Source: Chloroflexia bacterium
GTDB lineage: Bacteria; Chloroflexota; Chloroflexia; QHBQ01
Direction of reading: 5' to 3'
DNA length: 62,420 nucleotides
NCBI GenBank assembly: GCA_038229595.1
Contig: JBBROH010000004.1
Span: 1-62,420, forward strand
Under the pieces are notes generated by a model, which was given only the letters and a program-made list of their open reading frames with translations, was not told where the DNA came from and ran no database searches. The position numbers were made by a program, and so were the translations under genes. Below are positions 1-9,774 of this stretch, one piece after another. Numbering within the stretch: position 1 is the first letter of the stretch; each line of letters begins with the position of its first letter.

Positions 1-28
1 ACCAGGGACTACTGTGGAGAACAGACTG

Positions 29-1444
29 ATGCGCTACTTCTGCTATCACGGCCACTTCTACCAGCCTCCACGTGAAGACCCCTTCACGGGAGTACTGCCA
101 AAGGAGTTTGGAGCCGACCCCTACCACGACTGGAACGAGCGCATCACCGCCGAGTGCTACCGCCCACTGGCCGAGCTTGGCGTGTTCGACCTGATCAGCT
201 TCAATCTTGGCCCCACCCTGGCAGCTTGGATGGAGGTCAACGCGCCCGATGTGTACCAGCGCATCTTGCAGGCTGACCGCAACCATGCCCAGCGGCAGGG
301 GGTGGGCAACGCCATCGCCCAGGTCTACAATCATATGTTGATGCCGCTGGCGACCCGGCGCGACAAGGAGACGCAGGTGGCCTGGGGGCTAGCCGACTTC
401 CGCCACCGCTATGGGCGGGTGGCCGAGGGGATGTGGCTGGCCGAGTGCGCGGTAGATTTGGAGACCCTGACCGTAATGCAGGAGCAGGGGGTGCGCTTCA
501 CCATCCTTGCGCCCTGGCAGGCCGAGCATAGCGCGGTGGACAGCAGCGAGCCGCAACTGATCGCCCTGCCCAACGGCAAGCAGATGACGGTCTTCTTCTT
601 TGACGAGGGGCTATCGCGCAACACCAACCATGTGCCGCGCATCAGCGAGGACGTGCAGGAGTACGCCGAGGTTGCAATGCAGATTTCGACCAAGTGGGAC
701 AAGCTCAAGCGCGACGAGGATCAACTAGTGCTGGTCGCCACCGACGGCGAATACTTCGGCCACCACTACAAGGGGCGCGACCTGTTCATGAGCGACCTCC
801 TACACACGGTTGCCCCGGCCAACGGCTGGCAGGTGACTAGCCTGAGCAGCTACCTGCGTGATCACCCAGCGGTCAATACCGTGCGGCTGGCCGAGCGCAC
901 GGCCTGGAGTTGCTACCACGGCATCGACCGCTGGCAGAAGGAGTGTGGCTGCTACCCTGGCCTGGGCGAGTGGAAGGCACCGTTCCGCCGCGCCCTGGAC
1001 AACCTGGCGGCGGCCATCGACGACTACTTCGAGGTAGCAGCTGGCGAACTACTGCGCGACCCCTGGGCGGCGCGCAACGACTACATCCACGTGCGGCAGG
1101 GCTACGAGCCAATCGCCCAGTTGCTAGACCGCCACGCCTCGCACCAACTGGACGACGCGGAGCAGGCACGGGCGGCGGCCTTCCTGGAAGCGCAATACTA
1201 CCGCCTGCTCATGTACACCAGTTGCGCCTTCTTCTTCGAGGAGTTCGCCCGCATCGAGCCAAGCAACGCTATCGCTTGTGCTGCCCGCGCTCTGGACTAC
1301 CACAAGACGGCAACTGGGGTGGACTTGCAGGAGAACTTCCTGGCCGAGTTGCGCCGCATCCGGGGGCGGGCCAGTGAGATGAACGGCGAGCAAATCTACC
1401 GCTATCTTGCCCGCAAGCAGCCAGTACCGAGGCACCGGGATTGA
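29..1444 (+). CDS. GH57-family glycoside hydrolase with DUF3536 domain
   Basis: HGHFYQPPRE N-terminal motif, EGMWLAE nucleophile region, ATDGEYFGHH, WSCYHGIDRW. ATG at 29 preferred over GTG at 14. Confidence 0.88.
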   Translation: MRYFCYHGHFYQPPREDPFTGVLPKEFGADPYHDWNERITAECYRPLAELGVFDLISFNLGPTLAAWMEVNAPDVYQRILQADRNHAQRQGVGNAIAQVYNHMLMPLATRRDKETQVAWGLADFRHRYGRVAEGMWLAECAVDLETLTVMQEQGVRFTILAPWQAEHSAVDSSEPQLIALPNGKQMTVFFFDEGLSRNTNHVPRISEDVQEYAEVAMQISTKWDKLKRDEDQLVLVATDGEYFGHHYKGRDLFMSDLLHTVAPANGWQVTSLSSYLRDHPAVNTVRLAERTAWSCYHGIDRWQKECGCYPGLGEWKAPFRRALDNLAAAIDDYFEVAAGELLRDPWAARNDYIHVRQGYEPIAQLLDRHASHQLDDAEQARAAAFLEAQYYRLLMYTSCAFFFEEFARIEPSNAIACAARALDYHKTATGVDLQENFLAELRRIRGRASEMNGEQIYRYLARKQPVPRHRD

Positions 1445-1521
1445 GCGGCGCATGATAGGATGTTGATAGCTAAAGCGCATTTAGCGCACTACCTCTAGCT
1501 TTGGACAGAGCAAGGAACCGC

Positions 1522-2151
1522 ATGGCGACAAACTGTGGGGCGTTGATCCTGGCAGGCGGGGTGAGCCGTCGGATGGGACTGGACAAGGCGTTGCTGCCGA
1601 TCCCAATCGGTGGGCGACCGGCAATCCAGCGGATCGTACTGGCAGCCTGCCGCGTTGCCGATCCGCTCGATGTGGTGGTGGTCGGCAAACCGGGCCTGTA
1701 CGAGGGGCTGGGGCTGGCTGTGGTGCCAGACATCCTGCCGGGGCAGGGGCCGCTAGTCGGTCTCTACAGCGGCTTGCGCCAGAGCGAGCAGGAGTGGAAC
1801 CTGGTGATCGGCTGCGAGTTCCCCCTGGTGCGGGCTGCCGTCCTCATCCACCTGCGTAATCTTGCCTACCGCGACTACGATGCGGTCGTTCCGGTGCCGC
1901 AGCCGGGCTACGCGCAGCCGCTCTGCGCTGTCTACCACCAGCGGGTGGCAGCGGTGGCCGAGGCGGTGTTGGCGAAGGGTAGCAAGCGGCTGGCCGACCT
2001 GCGCGACCGACTGAAGATACTGTACGTCAGCCGCGAGGAGTTGTTGGCGAATGACCCTGACCTGCGTACCTTCATGGCGATCAACAGCTCCGCCGACTAC
2101 GAACGGGTGATCGCCCTGGCCGAGGAGGAACAACGTGAGCGCAGCAAATAG
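1522..2151 (+). CDS. mobA: molybdenum cofactor guanylyltransferase (MobA-like NTP transferase)
   Basis: LILAGGVSRRMGLDKA, GQGPLVGLYSGL and QPLCAVY motifs. Confidence 0.85.
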   Translation: MATNCGALILAGGVSRRMGLDKALLPIPIGGRPAIQRIVLAACRVADPLDVVVVGKPGLYEGLGLAVVPDILPGQGPLVGLYSGLRQSEQEWNLVIGCEFPLVRAAVLIHLRNLAYRDYDAVVPVPQPGYAQPLCAVYHQRVAAVAEAVLAKGSKRLADLRDRLKILYVSREELLANDPDLRTFMAINSSADYERVIALAEEEQRERSK

Positions 2152-2152
2152 C

Positions 2153-3826
2153 ATGGCCGCCTTCGCCAGCGTCAGCGAACGGGCGGGGGCGACCAGCAAG
2201 CGGCTGGCGAAGGGGGCGATCCTGGCGGACTACCTGGCGGCCCTGGACGACGAAAGCCTGCCCATCGCCTGCCGCTTCCTCAGCGGCAATCCCTTCCCCA
2301 CCGCCGATCAGCGCGTCTTGCAGGTGGGCGGCAGCGCGATCAGCGGGCTGATCGCTACCGTCAGCGGCCTCTCACTCGACGCGGTGAACAACACGCTGGT
2401 GCGGCTGGGCGACTACGGCGAAGTGGCAGAGCAAGCCTTCACTGCCGCCAGCCACCAGCCAGAGGGTGCGCCCCTCAGCCTGACCGAGACGATGGCTGCC
2501 TATGCCGAGATCGCAGCAACCAGCGGCAAGGGTGGGCCGGGGCGCAAAGCGGCGATCCTGGAGGGGTTGCTGCGTCGGGCCGACCCGCTGGTGGCAAAGT
2601 ATCTGCTCAAGATCGTGACCAATGAGCTACGCACTGGCTTGCGCGAGAGCATGGTAGAAGACGCACTGGCGCGGCTGAGCGGGCTGAAGGTGGCCGAGTT
2701 GCAGCGCGTCAATATGCTGCTGGGCGACATTGGCGCAGTTGCTCTGCGGGCGCGGCATGGCACGCTGGGGGAGGCCCAAATGGTGCTTTTCCAGCCCCTC
2801 AAGTCCATGCTAGCCAGCCCGGTGGAGAAGCCGGGTGATGTGCTGAAGGAAGCGGAGCCGACAGTGATCGTCGAGGACAAGTACGACGGCGTGCGGGTGC
2901 AGGCACACAAGGTGGGCGAGCGGGTCGAACTCTACTCGCGCACCCTGGACCTGGTTACGCACCGCTTCCCCGAAGTAGTCACCGCGCTGGCTGCCCTCCC
3001 TGGCGACTTCATCCTGGACGGTGAGGTGGTCGCCTACGCGGGCGGCGTGTTCTTGCCCTTCAGCCTCTTGCAGCAGAGGCTAGGCCGCAAGCAGGTGACA
3101 GACGAGATGTTGGCTAACATCCCGGTGATCTTCGTCGCCTTCGATCTGTTGTACAATGATGGCGCAGTGCTGCTCGATCAGCCGTTGCGCGAACGCTGGG
3201 CGGGGCTGGTGCGCCTGCTCAGCGGAGCGGCGGCGGGTCTGCGCCTGGCCGAACACGACGAGCCGACGCGGGAGCAGCTTGGCCCGCAAGCCGAGGAGCT
3301 TGACCGCTACTTCTTGGCGGCACGGGCGCGGGGCAATGAGGGGCTGATGATCAAGCTACCTTCCTCCCTCTACGCCCCTGGCAAGCGCGGCAAGACCTGG
3401 CTGAAGGTAAAGAAGGCGTTGGCGACCCTGGATGTGGTGGTCACGGCGGTGGAGTGGGGTTATGGGCGGCGGCACACCGTCCTCAGCGACTACACCTTCG
3501 CCGTGCAGGGTGCAGATGGCGCGTTGCTGAACGTGGGCAAAGCCTACTCTGGCCTGACCGATGCAGAGATAGCCGAGCTAACCGAGTGGTTCAAGGCCCA
3601 CACCTTGCAAGAGTTCGCGCATGGCAAGGTGCGGCTGGTAGAGCCGAAGATCGTGATCGAGATTGCCTTCGACCGGGTGCAGCGCAGCCCCCGGCACAAG
3701 AGCGGCTTTGCGCTGCGCTTCCCCCGCATCATCCGCCTACGCGAGGACAAGCCAGTGAGCGAGATCAACACCCTGGAGGACGTGCGGAAACTGGCCGACG
3801 ACGAGCAGGAGAGTGGAGCAAGCTAA
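2153..3826 (+). CDS. ATP-dependent DNA ligase (LigB/archaeal type with N-terminal DNA-binding domain)
   Basis: EDKYDGVRVQ adenylation motif, LDGEV, EGLMIK, WLKVK, ALRFPRI. ATG two bases after the mobA stop; GTG 2135 is an alternative start. Confidence 0.92.
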   Translation: MAAFASVSERAGATSKRLAKGAILADYLAALDDESLPIACRFLSGNPFPTADQRVLQVGGSAISGLIATVSGLSLDAVNNTLVRLGDYGEVAEQAFTAASHQPEGAPLSLTETMAAYAEIAATSGKGGPGRKAAILEGLLRRADPLVAKYLLKIVTNELRTGLRESMVEDALARLSGLKVAELQRVNMLLGDIGAVALRARHGTLGEAQMVLFQPLKSMLASPVEKPGDVLKEAEPTVIVEDKYDGVRVQAHKVGERVELYSRTLDLVTHRFPEVVTALAALPGDFILDGEVVAYAGGVFLPFSLLQQRLGRKQVTDEMLANIPVIFVAFDLLYNDGAVLLDQPLRERWAGLVRLLSGAAAGLRLAEHDEPTREQLGPQAEELDRYFLAARARGNEGLMIKLPSSLYAPGKRGKTWLKVKKALATLDVVVTAVEWGYGRRHTVLSDYTFAVQGADGALLNVGKAYSGLTDAEIAELTEWFKAHTLQEFAHGKVRLVEPKIVIEIAFDRVQRSPRHKSGFALRFPRIIRLREDKPVSEINTLEDVRKLADDEQESGAS

Positions 3827-3885
3827 GTCGGGAGACCCAACCCGGATACGAAGAAAAGCCGAAGACTACAAACAGGGAGAGCGCG

Positions 3886-5424
3886 ATGATCGTTACTCAG
3901 GTGCAGGTGTTGCGTGGCCCCAACCGTTACGCTACGTGTCCGATGATCGAGTTGGTAGTGGACGCAGAGGCGGCGGGCGATGATAGCTACCGGGCGGTGC
4001 AGGCGTTCGCCGAGCGCATTATGGCCTTGCAGCGCGAAGCTGGCCCGCTGCCAGCTAGCAGCAAGGTAATGAGCCGCCCGTTGGCTGGCACCTACCGCCT
4101 GGCAGTCGCCTACGACAACGAGGCGCGGGCGCGGGCAGCGGTGGAGTTGGCGACGCGGGAGGCGAACGGTGAGTCCCTGGGCGCAAACGAGATCGCCGAA
4201 CTGAAGGCGATCCCCCAACCGACCGAGCCGCCCGATGAGGTGCGGGCGCGGCAGAGTGGCAAGTTCATCGTTGCGGTCACTGGCACGAACGGCAAGACCA
4301 CTACCTCCCGCCTGATCGCCCACCTCTACGCAACGGGGGGCGAGGTGGTTGGCTTCACCAGCACCGAGGGTACTTACATCAACGGCAAGCTGTTTGAGGA
4401 CGGCGACAACGCTGGGCCAAAGAGTGCGCGGGATGTGTTGCTCAACCCGGAAGTGGAGATTGCCGTGTTGGAGACGGCGCGGGGCGGTATCCTACGCGAG
4501 GGTCTGGCCTTCGACCAGGCGGATGTGGCGGTCGTGACCAACGTCGCTGCTGACCACCTGGGCCTGCGGGGGATTAACACGGTGGAGGAGTTGGCCGAGG
4601 TCAAGGGGGTGCTGGTTGATGCGCTGGCCCCTGACGGCGCGGCGGTACTGAATGCGGAGGACGTACTGGTGGCGGCTATGGCCCAACGCACGAAGGCGGA
4701 GACGATCTACTTCGCGCTTGATCGGGCGGCGGTGGCTGACCACCTGAAGCGGGGTGGGCGCGCGGTCTACCGTGCTGACGAGGCGATCATGCTCGGCTGG
4801 GGGCGGCACGAGGAGCGGCTGACCAGTCTGAGCGCAGTGCCAGTGACCCTCGGCGGCGCACTCGGCTTCCAGGTGCAGAACGCACTGGCAGCGGTAGCAG
4901 CGGCCTGGGCGGGCGATCTACCGCTGGACAAGATCGTTAGCGGGCTGGCTACCTTCAAGGGCGACATGGCGATGAGTCATGGCCGCTTCAACTTCTTCGA
5001 CCTGCGCGGCGCAACTGTGATCCTCGACTACGGCCACAACGCAGCGGCAGTGCGCGCCCTCGGTCAGGCGGCGGCCAACCTGCCTGCCACACGGCGCATC
5101 GTGATGGTGGCAACCGCAGGCGACCGCCGCGACGAGGACATTCGGCTGCTGGGCGAAGAAGCGGCGCGCTGGTTCGACAAGGTGATCGCCAAAGATGTGA
5201 ACAACCGACGCGGGCGCAGGCGGGCTGAGGTGTCGGGGCTGATCCGCGAGGGCGCACTACGCATCCACCCGGAGCGCGAGGTGCTGATGTACACCGACCT
5301 TGACCAGGCATATAAGGAGACGCTGGCTGCTCTACAAGCGGGCGAACTGCTGCTGATCTGTGAGGACGACCTTGCCTTCGTCATGCCGCAGATGGATGCA
5401 GCGGGGGCTGTGGCGCGGGCTTAG
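3886..5424 (+). CDS. cyanophycin synthetase-like Mur ligase lacking the ATP-grasp domain
   Basis: CphA-like N-terminus (VLRGPNRY), then VAVTGTNGKTTT, VLETARGGILREGL, ADHLG, DYGHN, AGDRRDED. RBS GGGAG lies before ATG 3886. Confidence 0.8.
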   Translation: MIVTQVQVLRGPNRYATCPMIELVVDAEAAGDDSYRAVQAFAERIMALQREAGPLPASSKVMSRPLAGTYRLAVAYDNEARARAAVELATREANGESLGANEIAELKAIPQPTEPPDEVRARQSGKFIVAVTGTNGKTTTSRLIAHLYATGGEVVGFTSTEGTYINGKLFEDGDNAGPKSARDVLLNPEVEIAVLETARGGILREGLAFDQADVAVVTNVAADHLGLRGINTVEELAEVKGVLVDALAPDGAAVLNAEDVLVAAMAQRTKAETIYFALDRAAVADHLKRGGRAVYRADEAIMLGWGRHEERLTSLSAVPVTLGGALGFQVQNALAAVAAAWAGDLPLDKIVSGLATFKGDMAMSHGRFNFFDLRGATVILDYGHNAAAVRALGQAAANLPATRRIVMVATAGDRRDEDIRLLGEEAARWFDKVIAKDVNNRRGRRRAEVSGLIREGALRIHPEREVLMYTDLDQAYKETLAALQAGELLLICEDDLAFVMPQMDAAGAVARA

Positions 5425-5433
5425 GGCGGCTTG

Positions 5434-6192
5434 CTAGCCTATCTTCACCCCCACCGCCTGTAGGATGGCGACTAGGAGCGGGGCGTAGAGCAGGGCGGGC
5501 AAGAAGTTGGCGACTGGTAGCTGCTTGATCTCCAACAACTTGAGGGCAACCGCCAGCACGGTCAGGCCACCAACCGCCGTCATCTCGTTGACCTGCAAGG
5601 TGGTGAGCAAGCCACTGCCAACTACCCCTGCTAGCAGGCTGATGCCGCCTTGCACGATGAGGATGGTGACGACGGTGAACAGCACCCCGAAGCCGAGGCT
5701 GGCGGCGAAGGCGATGGCCGCGAAGCCGTCGAGGGTAGACTTGAGGGCAAGCAACTGGATGTCGTTGGGGTTGATGCCGTTCTGGATCGAGCCGAGGATG
5801 GTTAGCGGGCCGACGCAGAAGACGAGACTGGTGGTAATAAAGGCTTGCGATATGGTAGCCAGACCGCGCCTGGGCGGTGCATCGGGGTCAGCCTCAACCT
5901 GTTGGCCCAGCCTGCGGGCGGTGGTAGCCTGTAGCCAGTTGCCCAGTTGCTCAAGCCGCTGTTCAAGGCGCAACCACTCGCCGGTTAGTGCGCCGAGCAT
6001 CAACGCACCGAGGGGGATCAGGGCGTTTTTGGTGCTGCTCATCATTTGGATGCTGAACAGGATGGTGGTCAAGCTGAGGCTCTGCAATATGATGCGCTGG
6101 TAGCGTTCTGGCAGCCTGTTGCCTAGCAAGGTGCCGAAGATGCCGCCGAGGAGGACGGTGAGTGCGTTGAGCAGGGTGCCGCCGAGGATCAT
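5434..6192 (-). CDS. DUF554 (YdfK-like) membrane protein
   Basis: GTLLNALTVLLGG, FCVGPLTILGSI, LKSTLDGFAAIAFAAS, VANFLPAL. Confidence 0.9.
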   Translation of the reverse strand: MILGGTLLNALTVLLGGIFGTLLGNRLPERYQRIILQSLSLTTILFSIQMMSSTKNALIPLGALMLGALTGEWLRLEQRLEQLGNWLQATTARRLGQQVEADPDAPPRRGLATISQAFITTSLVFCVGPLTILGSIQNGINPNDIQLLALKSTLDGFAAIAFAASLGFGVLFTVVTILIVQGGISLLAGVVGSGLLTTLQVNEMTAVGGLTVLAVALKLLEIKQLPVANFLPALLYAPLLVAILQAVGVKIG

Positions 6193-6250
6193 AGGTTGCT
6201 CCTGAAGGGGATGGGCAAGAGAATGGGCCGCCGGATCGCTCCGACAGCCC

Positions 6251-6278
6251 ATTATAACTGAAGTTGGCAGCTTGTCAA
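6251..6278 (-). promoter_or_regulatory. sigma70-type promoter for the DUF554 gene
   Basis: TTGACA-16bp-TATAAT on the minus strand. Confidence 0.6.
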
Positions 6279-6571
6279 CGAGCGGCGGCCAGGCCATGTT
6301 CCCACACGCCGCTGGGCAGGCCGTGTGAGCGTACCTCCTCGGAGAGCATTGGTTCGAGCAGGCGTTGCATCGCCATCACGTGACAGCAGGTGTTGTAGCC
6401 CTCCCGCTCAAAGAAGGAGCAGGTGCAGTGCCAGGTGCCAGCGGTGAGTGTCACCTTGTGGCTGTCATTTTCGCCGCGAAAGTCTACGCTAATGTCGGTC
6501 ATGCGGGCGCGGGCGGGTTCTTCCGCATAGAGCTTGGCCTTCTCGATCTTGCTAATCAAGCTGGAATACAT
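6275..6571 (-). CDS. small SWIM zinc-finger protein
   Basis: CTC...CCH SWIM-type motif; strong RBS GAGGAGG. Confidence 0.75.
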   Translation of the reverse strand: MYSSLISKIEKAKLYAEEPARARMTDISVDFRGENDSHKVTLTAGTWHCTCSFFEREGYNTCCHVMAMQRLLEPMLSEEVRSHGLPSGVWEHGLAAAR

Positions 6572-6685
6572 AGGGTCGGTACCTCCTCATGGTGTGCCAG
6601 GCTGCCCGCCTGGGGTGAGGGCCGCCTACCACTGCCCAGCGGTGGCGGTCAGAGTATGCTCGAAGAACAATCCTCCTCCTCAGCA

Positions 6686-6730
6686 GAAACAAAGCGACCG
6701 ACCAGCAGGCGGCTGCTTGGTGGTCGGTCG
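6686..6730 (-). terminator. terminator/attenuator-like hairpin in the leader of the SWIM gene
   Basis: 10-bp arms CGACCGACCA/TGGTCGGTCG (6695-6704, 6721-6730) followed by CTTTGTTTC on the minus strand. Confidence 0.6.
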
Positions 6731-6830
6731 GGCTGACAGGTATGCGATTGTGGGTGGACGCTTGCTGACCATAGCATGGCCCCTCCGCTCCAACGTAAAA
6801 CTCTGGCTGGTTTCTCTCGCTGATTGAACC

Positions 6831-6859
6831 ATTATAAACCCCGCTCGCAGCAGAGTCAA
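6831..6859 (-). promoter_or_regulatory. sigma70-type promoter
   Basis: TTGACT-17bp-TATAAT on the minus strand. Confidence 0.7.
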
Positions 6860-6947
6860 GCGAGCAAAGGGGTTGGTTTTGATGAGAAGTTGGTGCGCTT
6901 TGCTGTTGTTGGGTGCTGCTAAGTTACGACCTCGCTTGTGATGTTTA

Positions 6948-8042
6948 TCACAACCGCTTGCCGAGCCGCTCCAACGCGCTGGCGGCAACGCTGGCAACGC
7001 TGCGGCCAAAGACGGTGCGCCAGTCGTGCAGCAGGGCGCGTAGGGGATTGGTCGCCTCTGTGCTACCGCTGGCCGCGAGGTACTGCGTGGCATGAACACG
7101 GCTGGCTGGGTCGTCTACTTGCAACGCACTAACCATCACAGCTACTATTGTGGGGCTGCCAGGGAAGTGCGTGAGGGCCACAAGGCTGGCACGGCGCACG
7201 GTCAGGCTCTCGTCGTGAGTGGCTACCTTGAGCAGAGCAGAGAGGGTAGCGGGGTCGGCGATCTGGCCGAGGCTGCTAGCAGCCGCAGCCCGCACCCAGG
7301 CGTGGTCGTCGGCCAGAGCAACCAGGAGCGGCAAACCCGCCTGAGGGTCGGCGATCTGGCCGAGGGCTTCAGCGGCACTCTGGCGCACGCCGCTATCAGG
7401 GTCGCGCAGCAGGGGGCGGAGGTCGCTGGCAGCAGTAGCATCATGCAGCCCAGCGAGGGTGGCAGCGGCAGTGCGCCGCGCAAGTGGGTTGCTGGCGCGC
7501 AAGAGCGGGCGCAGGCTGGCGGCAGTGGTTTGGTCGGCCAGGGCAACGAGGGCGACGCTGGCGGCATAGCGTACTGCCGCGTAGGGATCGCCGATCAGGG
7601 CGAGGAGTGCGGAGCGAAGGCTATTGGCGTGGCTATTGGCTAGGGTGGCAGGGGAGAGGCTGGCGACCAACTCTGTCGCTTGCCAACGTTCTGCGTCACC
7701 TGCTTGCAGGGCGGCTAGCAGTTCGGTCAGCAGCCTCTCCTGCCACTCCCCGGCCTGGAGCAGGCTGGCGACCTGCCAGCGCACAGCCAGGCTAGGGTCA
7801 TCCTTCAGTTCAACAAGGGCAGCGGCTACTGCGGCATCCGTCATGATCACTGCCAGCATTGCCACCGCACTGGCGCGCACCTGCCAGCGGGGGCTATGCA
7901 AGGCGGCCAGCAATGTTCCACGTGCAACATCGTCGCCTGCCAGGTCAACGGTGGTTGGCAGGCTGGCTAGCTCCTGATCGAGGGTGAGGGTGAGGTCATC
8001 ACCTGCCTGCCGCCTGCCAAAGAAGTTGGGGATGATTGGCAT
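6948..8042 (-). CDS. HEAT repeat protein
   Basis: repeated LxDxxxxVRxxAAxALGxI motifs; start codon uncertain. Confidence 0.85.
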   Translation of the reverse strand: MPIIPNFFGRRQAGDDLTLTLDQELASLPTTVDLAGDDVARGTLLAALHSPRWQVRASAVAMLAVIMTDAAVAAALVELKDDPSLAVRWQVASLLQAGEWQERLLTELLAALQAGDAERWQATELVASLSPATLANSHANSLRSALLALIGDPYAAVRYAASVALVALADQTTAASLRPLLRASNPLARRTAAATLAGLHDATAASDLRPLLRDPDSGVRQSAAEALGQIADPQAGLPLLVALADDHAWVRAAAASSLGQIADPATLSALLKVATHDESLTVRRASLVALTHFPGSPTIVAVMVSALQVDDPASRVHATQYLAASGSTEATNPLRALLHDWRTVFGRSVASVAASALERLGKRL

Positions 8043-8073
8043 CGTTAATCTACCCATTGCTGCGACGTGCTGC

Positions 8074-8232
8074 TCAGGCAGCAGCGGCCTGCTCTGGCTT
8101 GTCCAACTCAATCTCCACTACCTCGTCATCAAACTCATCGTCGTAAAACTCCTCCTCGTTCAGGCGGCCCCAAAGCCAACCCACCAGCAGGCCAACAGCA
8201 GCCCCGATCAAGAAACGGGCGATTATCTTCAT
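8074..8232 (-). CDS. small single-TM acidic protein (YtxH-like N-terminus)
   Basis: MKIIARFLIGAAVGLLVGWLW followed by an acidic tail; RBS GGAG; extended -10 TGCTATAAT upstream. Confidence 0.65.
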   Translation of the reverse strand: MKIIARFLIGAAVGLLVGWLWGRLNEEEFYDDEFDDEVVEIELDKPEQAAAA

Positions 8233-8350
8233 TTGGTCACTCCTTACGTGCAGTCTCGTTGCGCAGCCCATTATAGCACGCCTGCTGGCAGCACACAAGC
8301 GCAGTTGGTGGCGCGTGGTATAATAGCCAAACACTTGAGAGGAGACGAAC

Positions 8351-8773
8351 TTGAGTACAGTAAGCAAGAGCATCGAAGTCACCGCCCCATTGGGCGCAGT
8401 GGCAGCCTACATCAGCGACCTGAACCACATCACCACCTACATCCCCGACGTGCATGAGGTTAGCAACATCCAGCACGCCAGCAGCGAGACGTTGCTCGGT
8501 AGCAGTGCCACCTTCCGCATGAGCATCGCTGGTATGGAGCAGTCGTTGCCGCTGATTATCGACCGCTATGAGGCAGGCGCGCCGACCTATATCCGCCTCA
8601 GCAATGAGGGCGAGGGTATCTACATCGAACTGCGGGTTGACCCAGGCGGTGAGGAGCAAAGCACAGTGCAGGTGGCCCTTAGTGCGCCAGTCGCTAGCTT
8701 CCTGCTGAACATGATGTTCGGCGGCACGCTCGAACGCGGTCTGCACACCCTCAAAACGATCATGGAGGGTTGA
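8351..8773 (+). CDS. SRPBCC/polyketide cyclase (CoxG-like) protein
   Basis: VSKSIEVTAP...ISDLNHITTYIP N-terminus and a C-terminal helix LxxLKxxME; RBS GAGGAG. Confidence 0.75.
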   Translation: MSTVSKSIEVTAPLGAVAAYISDLNHITTYIPDVHEVSNIQHASSETLLGSSATFRMSIAGMEQSLPLIIDRYEAGAPTYIRLSNEGEGIYIELRVDPGGEEQSTVQVALSAPVASFLLNMMFGGTLERGLHTLKTIMEG

Positions 8774-8786
8774 AGGGTCAAGCAGA

Positions 8787-8921
8787 TGTTGCACGTGGAA
8801 CAATGTTTGGCGAACCAACAGTACCTGTGTTCCACGTGCAACATTGCTTGACGAACTAGCGGCCCTATGTTCCACGTGCAACATTGCTTGACGGCAAGAG
8901 GGGAGCGTTCCACGTGGAACA
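8787..8921. other. cluster of four parS (ParB-binding centromere) sites
   Basis: TGTTGCACGTGGAACA 8787-8802, TGTTCCACGTGCAACA 8828-8843 and 8868-8883, CGTTCCACGTGGAACA 8906-8921; all match the parS consensus tGTTnCACGTGnAACa. Confidence 0.88.
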
Positions 8922-8942
8922 CTGCCCTTGTGCTAGCTCCCC

Positions 8943-9755
8943 TCAGCCTACCGTAGTGCCAAAGATCATCAGCGGGCTACTACCGGTGAAGGGATCGCCG
9001 TCGTAGCTGCCCCAACGTTCGCTGATCGTCAGGCCAGCGGCAGTGATCAGCAGTTCTAGTTCGCGGGGGAAGTAGGTGTGGCTGTCGAAGGTGGCAACTG
9101 ACTTGTGGGTGTGACCGTTCTCTAGGTATTGCTCGTAGACGAAGGTGATGCGTTCGCGCTGGCTATCGGGCGTGTACTGGTGGGTAATATAGCGCAGCAG
9201 GCGGCTAACCCCCACCGCAGGGTTGCTCAGGTCGAGGTCGAGCCGCATGATGGTGGGCGGCTTGCTCTCGGCCAACTGCGCGAGGTTGGGATGAAACACA
9301 TCCACCACGAAGTGACCGCCCGGCGCGAGGCAGGCTGCGGCGTTGCGAAAGGTGGAGATTTGGTCTCTGCTGTCGTGGATATGGGCCATCGAGTTGTAGG
9401 GAACGTAGATCAGGTCGTATGAGCCGCCCGCATCGTCAGTGCAGAAGCTGGTCATGTCGCCAACTAGCAGGCGCACACGCTGCTGCACCTCCACCCGCTC
9501 GCCCGCTAGCTTCCCCTGCGCCTTAGCGATCATGGGGGCTGAAGCGTCTAGACCAGTGAACTGATACTCGTTGCCGCTGAAGTGGCGAGCAAGATGTAGG
9601 AGGATCCGCCCAGTGCCAACCGCCAGTTCTAGCACTCGCTTTGCCTGGTACTGCTCAACAACCCGCTGCCAGAAGCCAAGATCGTCCCGCGACTCCTTGT
9701 TCTCCAACTCGTAGAGCCAAGTGTCGCTATACATTACCGCTGCGTCGCTCTCCAT
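8943..9755 (-). CDS. class I SAM-dependent methyltransferase
   Basis: VLELAVGTGR motif I, GLDASAPM, GDM, LAPGGHFVVD. Confidence 0.9.
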   Translation of the reverse strand: MESDAAVMYSDTWLYELENKESRDDLGFWQRVVEQYQAKRVLELAVGTGRILLHLARHFSGNEYQFTGLDASAPMIAKAQGKLAGERVEVQQRVRLLVGDMTSFCTDDAGGSYDLIYVPYNSMAHIHDSRDQISTFRNAAACLAPGGHFVVDVFHPNLAQLAESKPPTIMRLDLDLSNPAVGVSRLLRYITHQYTPDSQRERITFVYEQYLENGHTHKSVATFDSHTYFPRELELLITAAGLTISERWGSYDGDPFTGSSPLMIFGTTVG

Positions 9756-9774
9756 CTGCTGCTACCCCCTGTTT

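Noticed and set aside
3454-3885. N-terminal 144 aa of the 656-aa ORF in the track
   Set aside because: It overlaps the ligase in another frame; the RBS and CphA-like motif point to ATG 3886.
8787-8921. Regularly spaced palindromic repeats read as a CRISPR array
   Set aside because: The repeat core is only 16 bp, matches the parS consensus, recurs at 9775-9832, has spacers of only 22-25 bp, and no cas genes are present.
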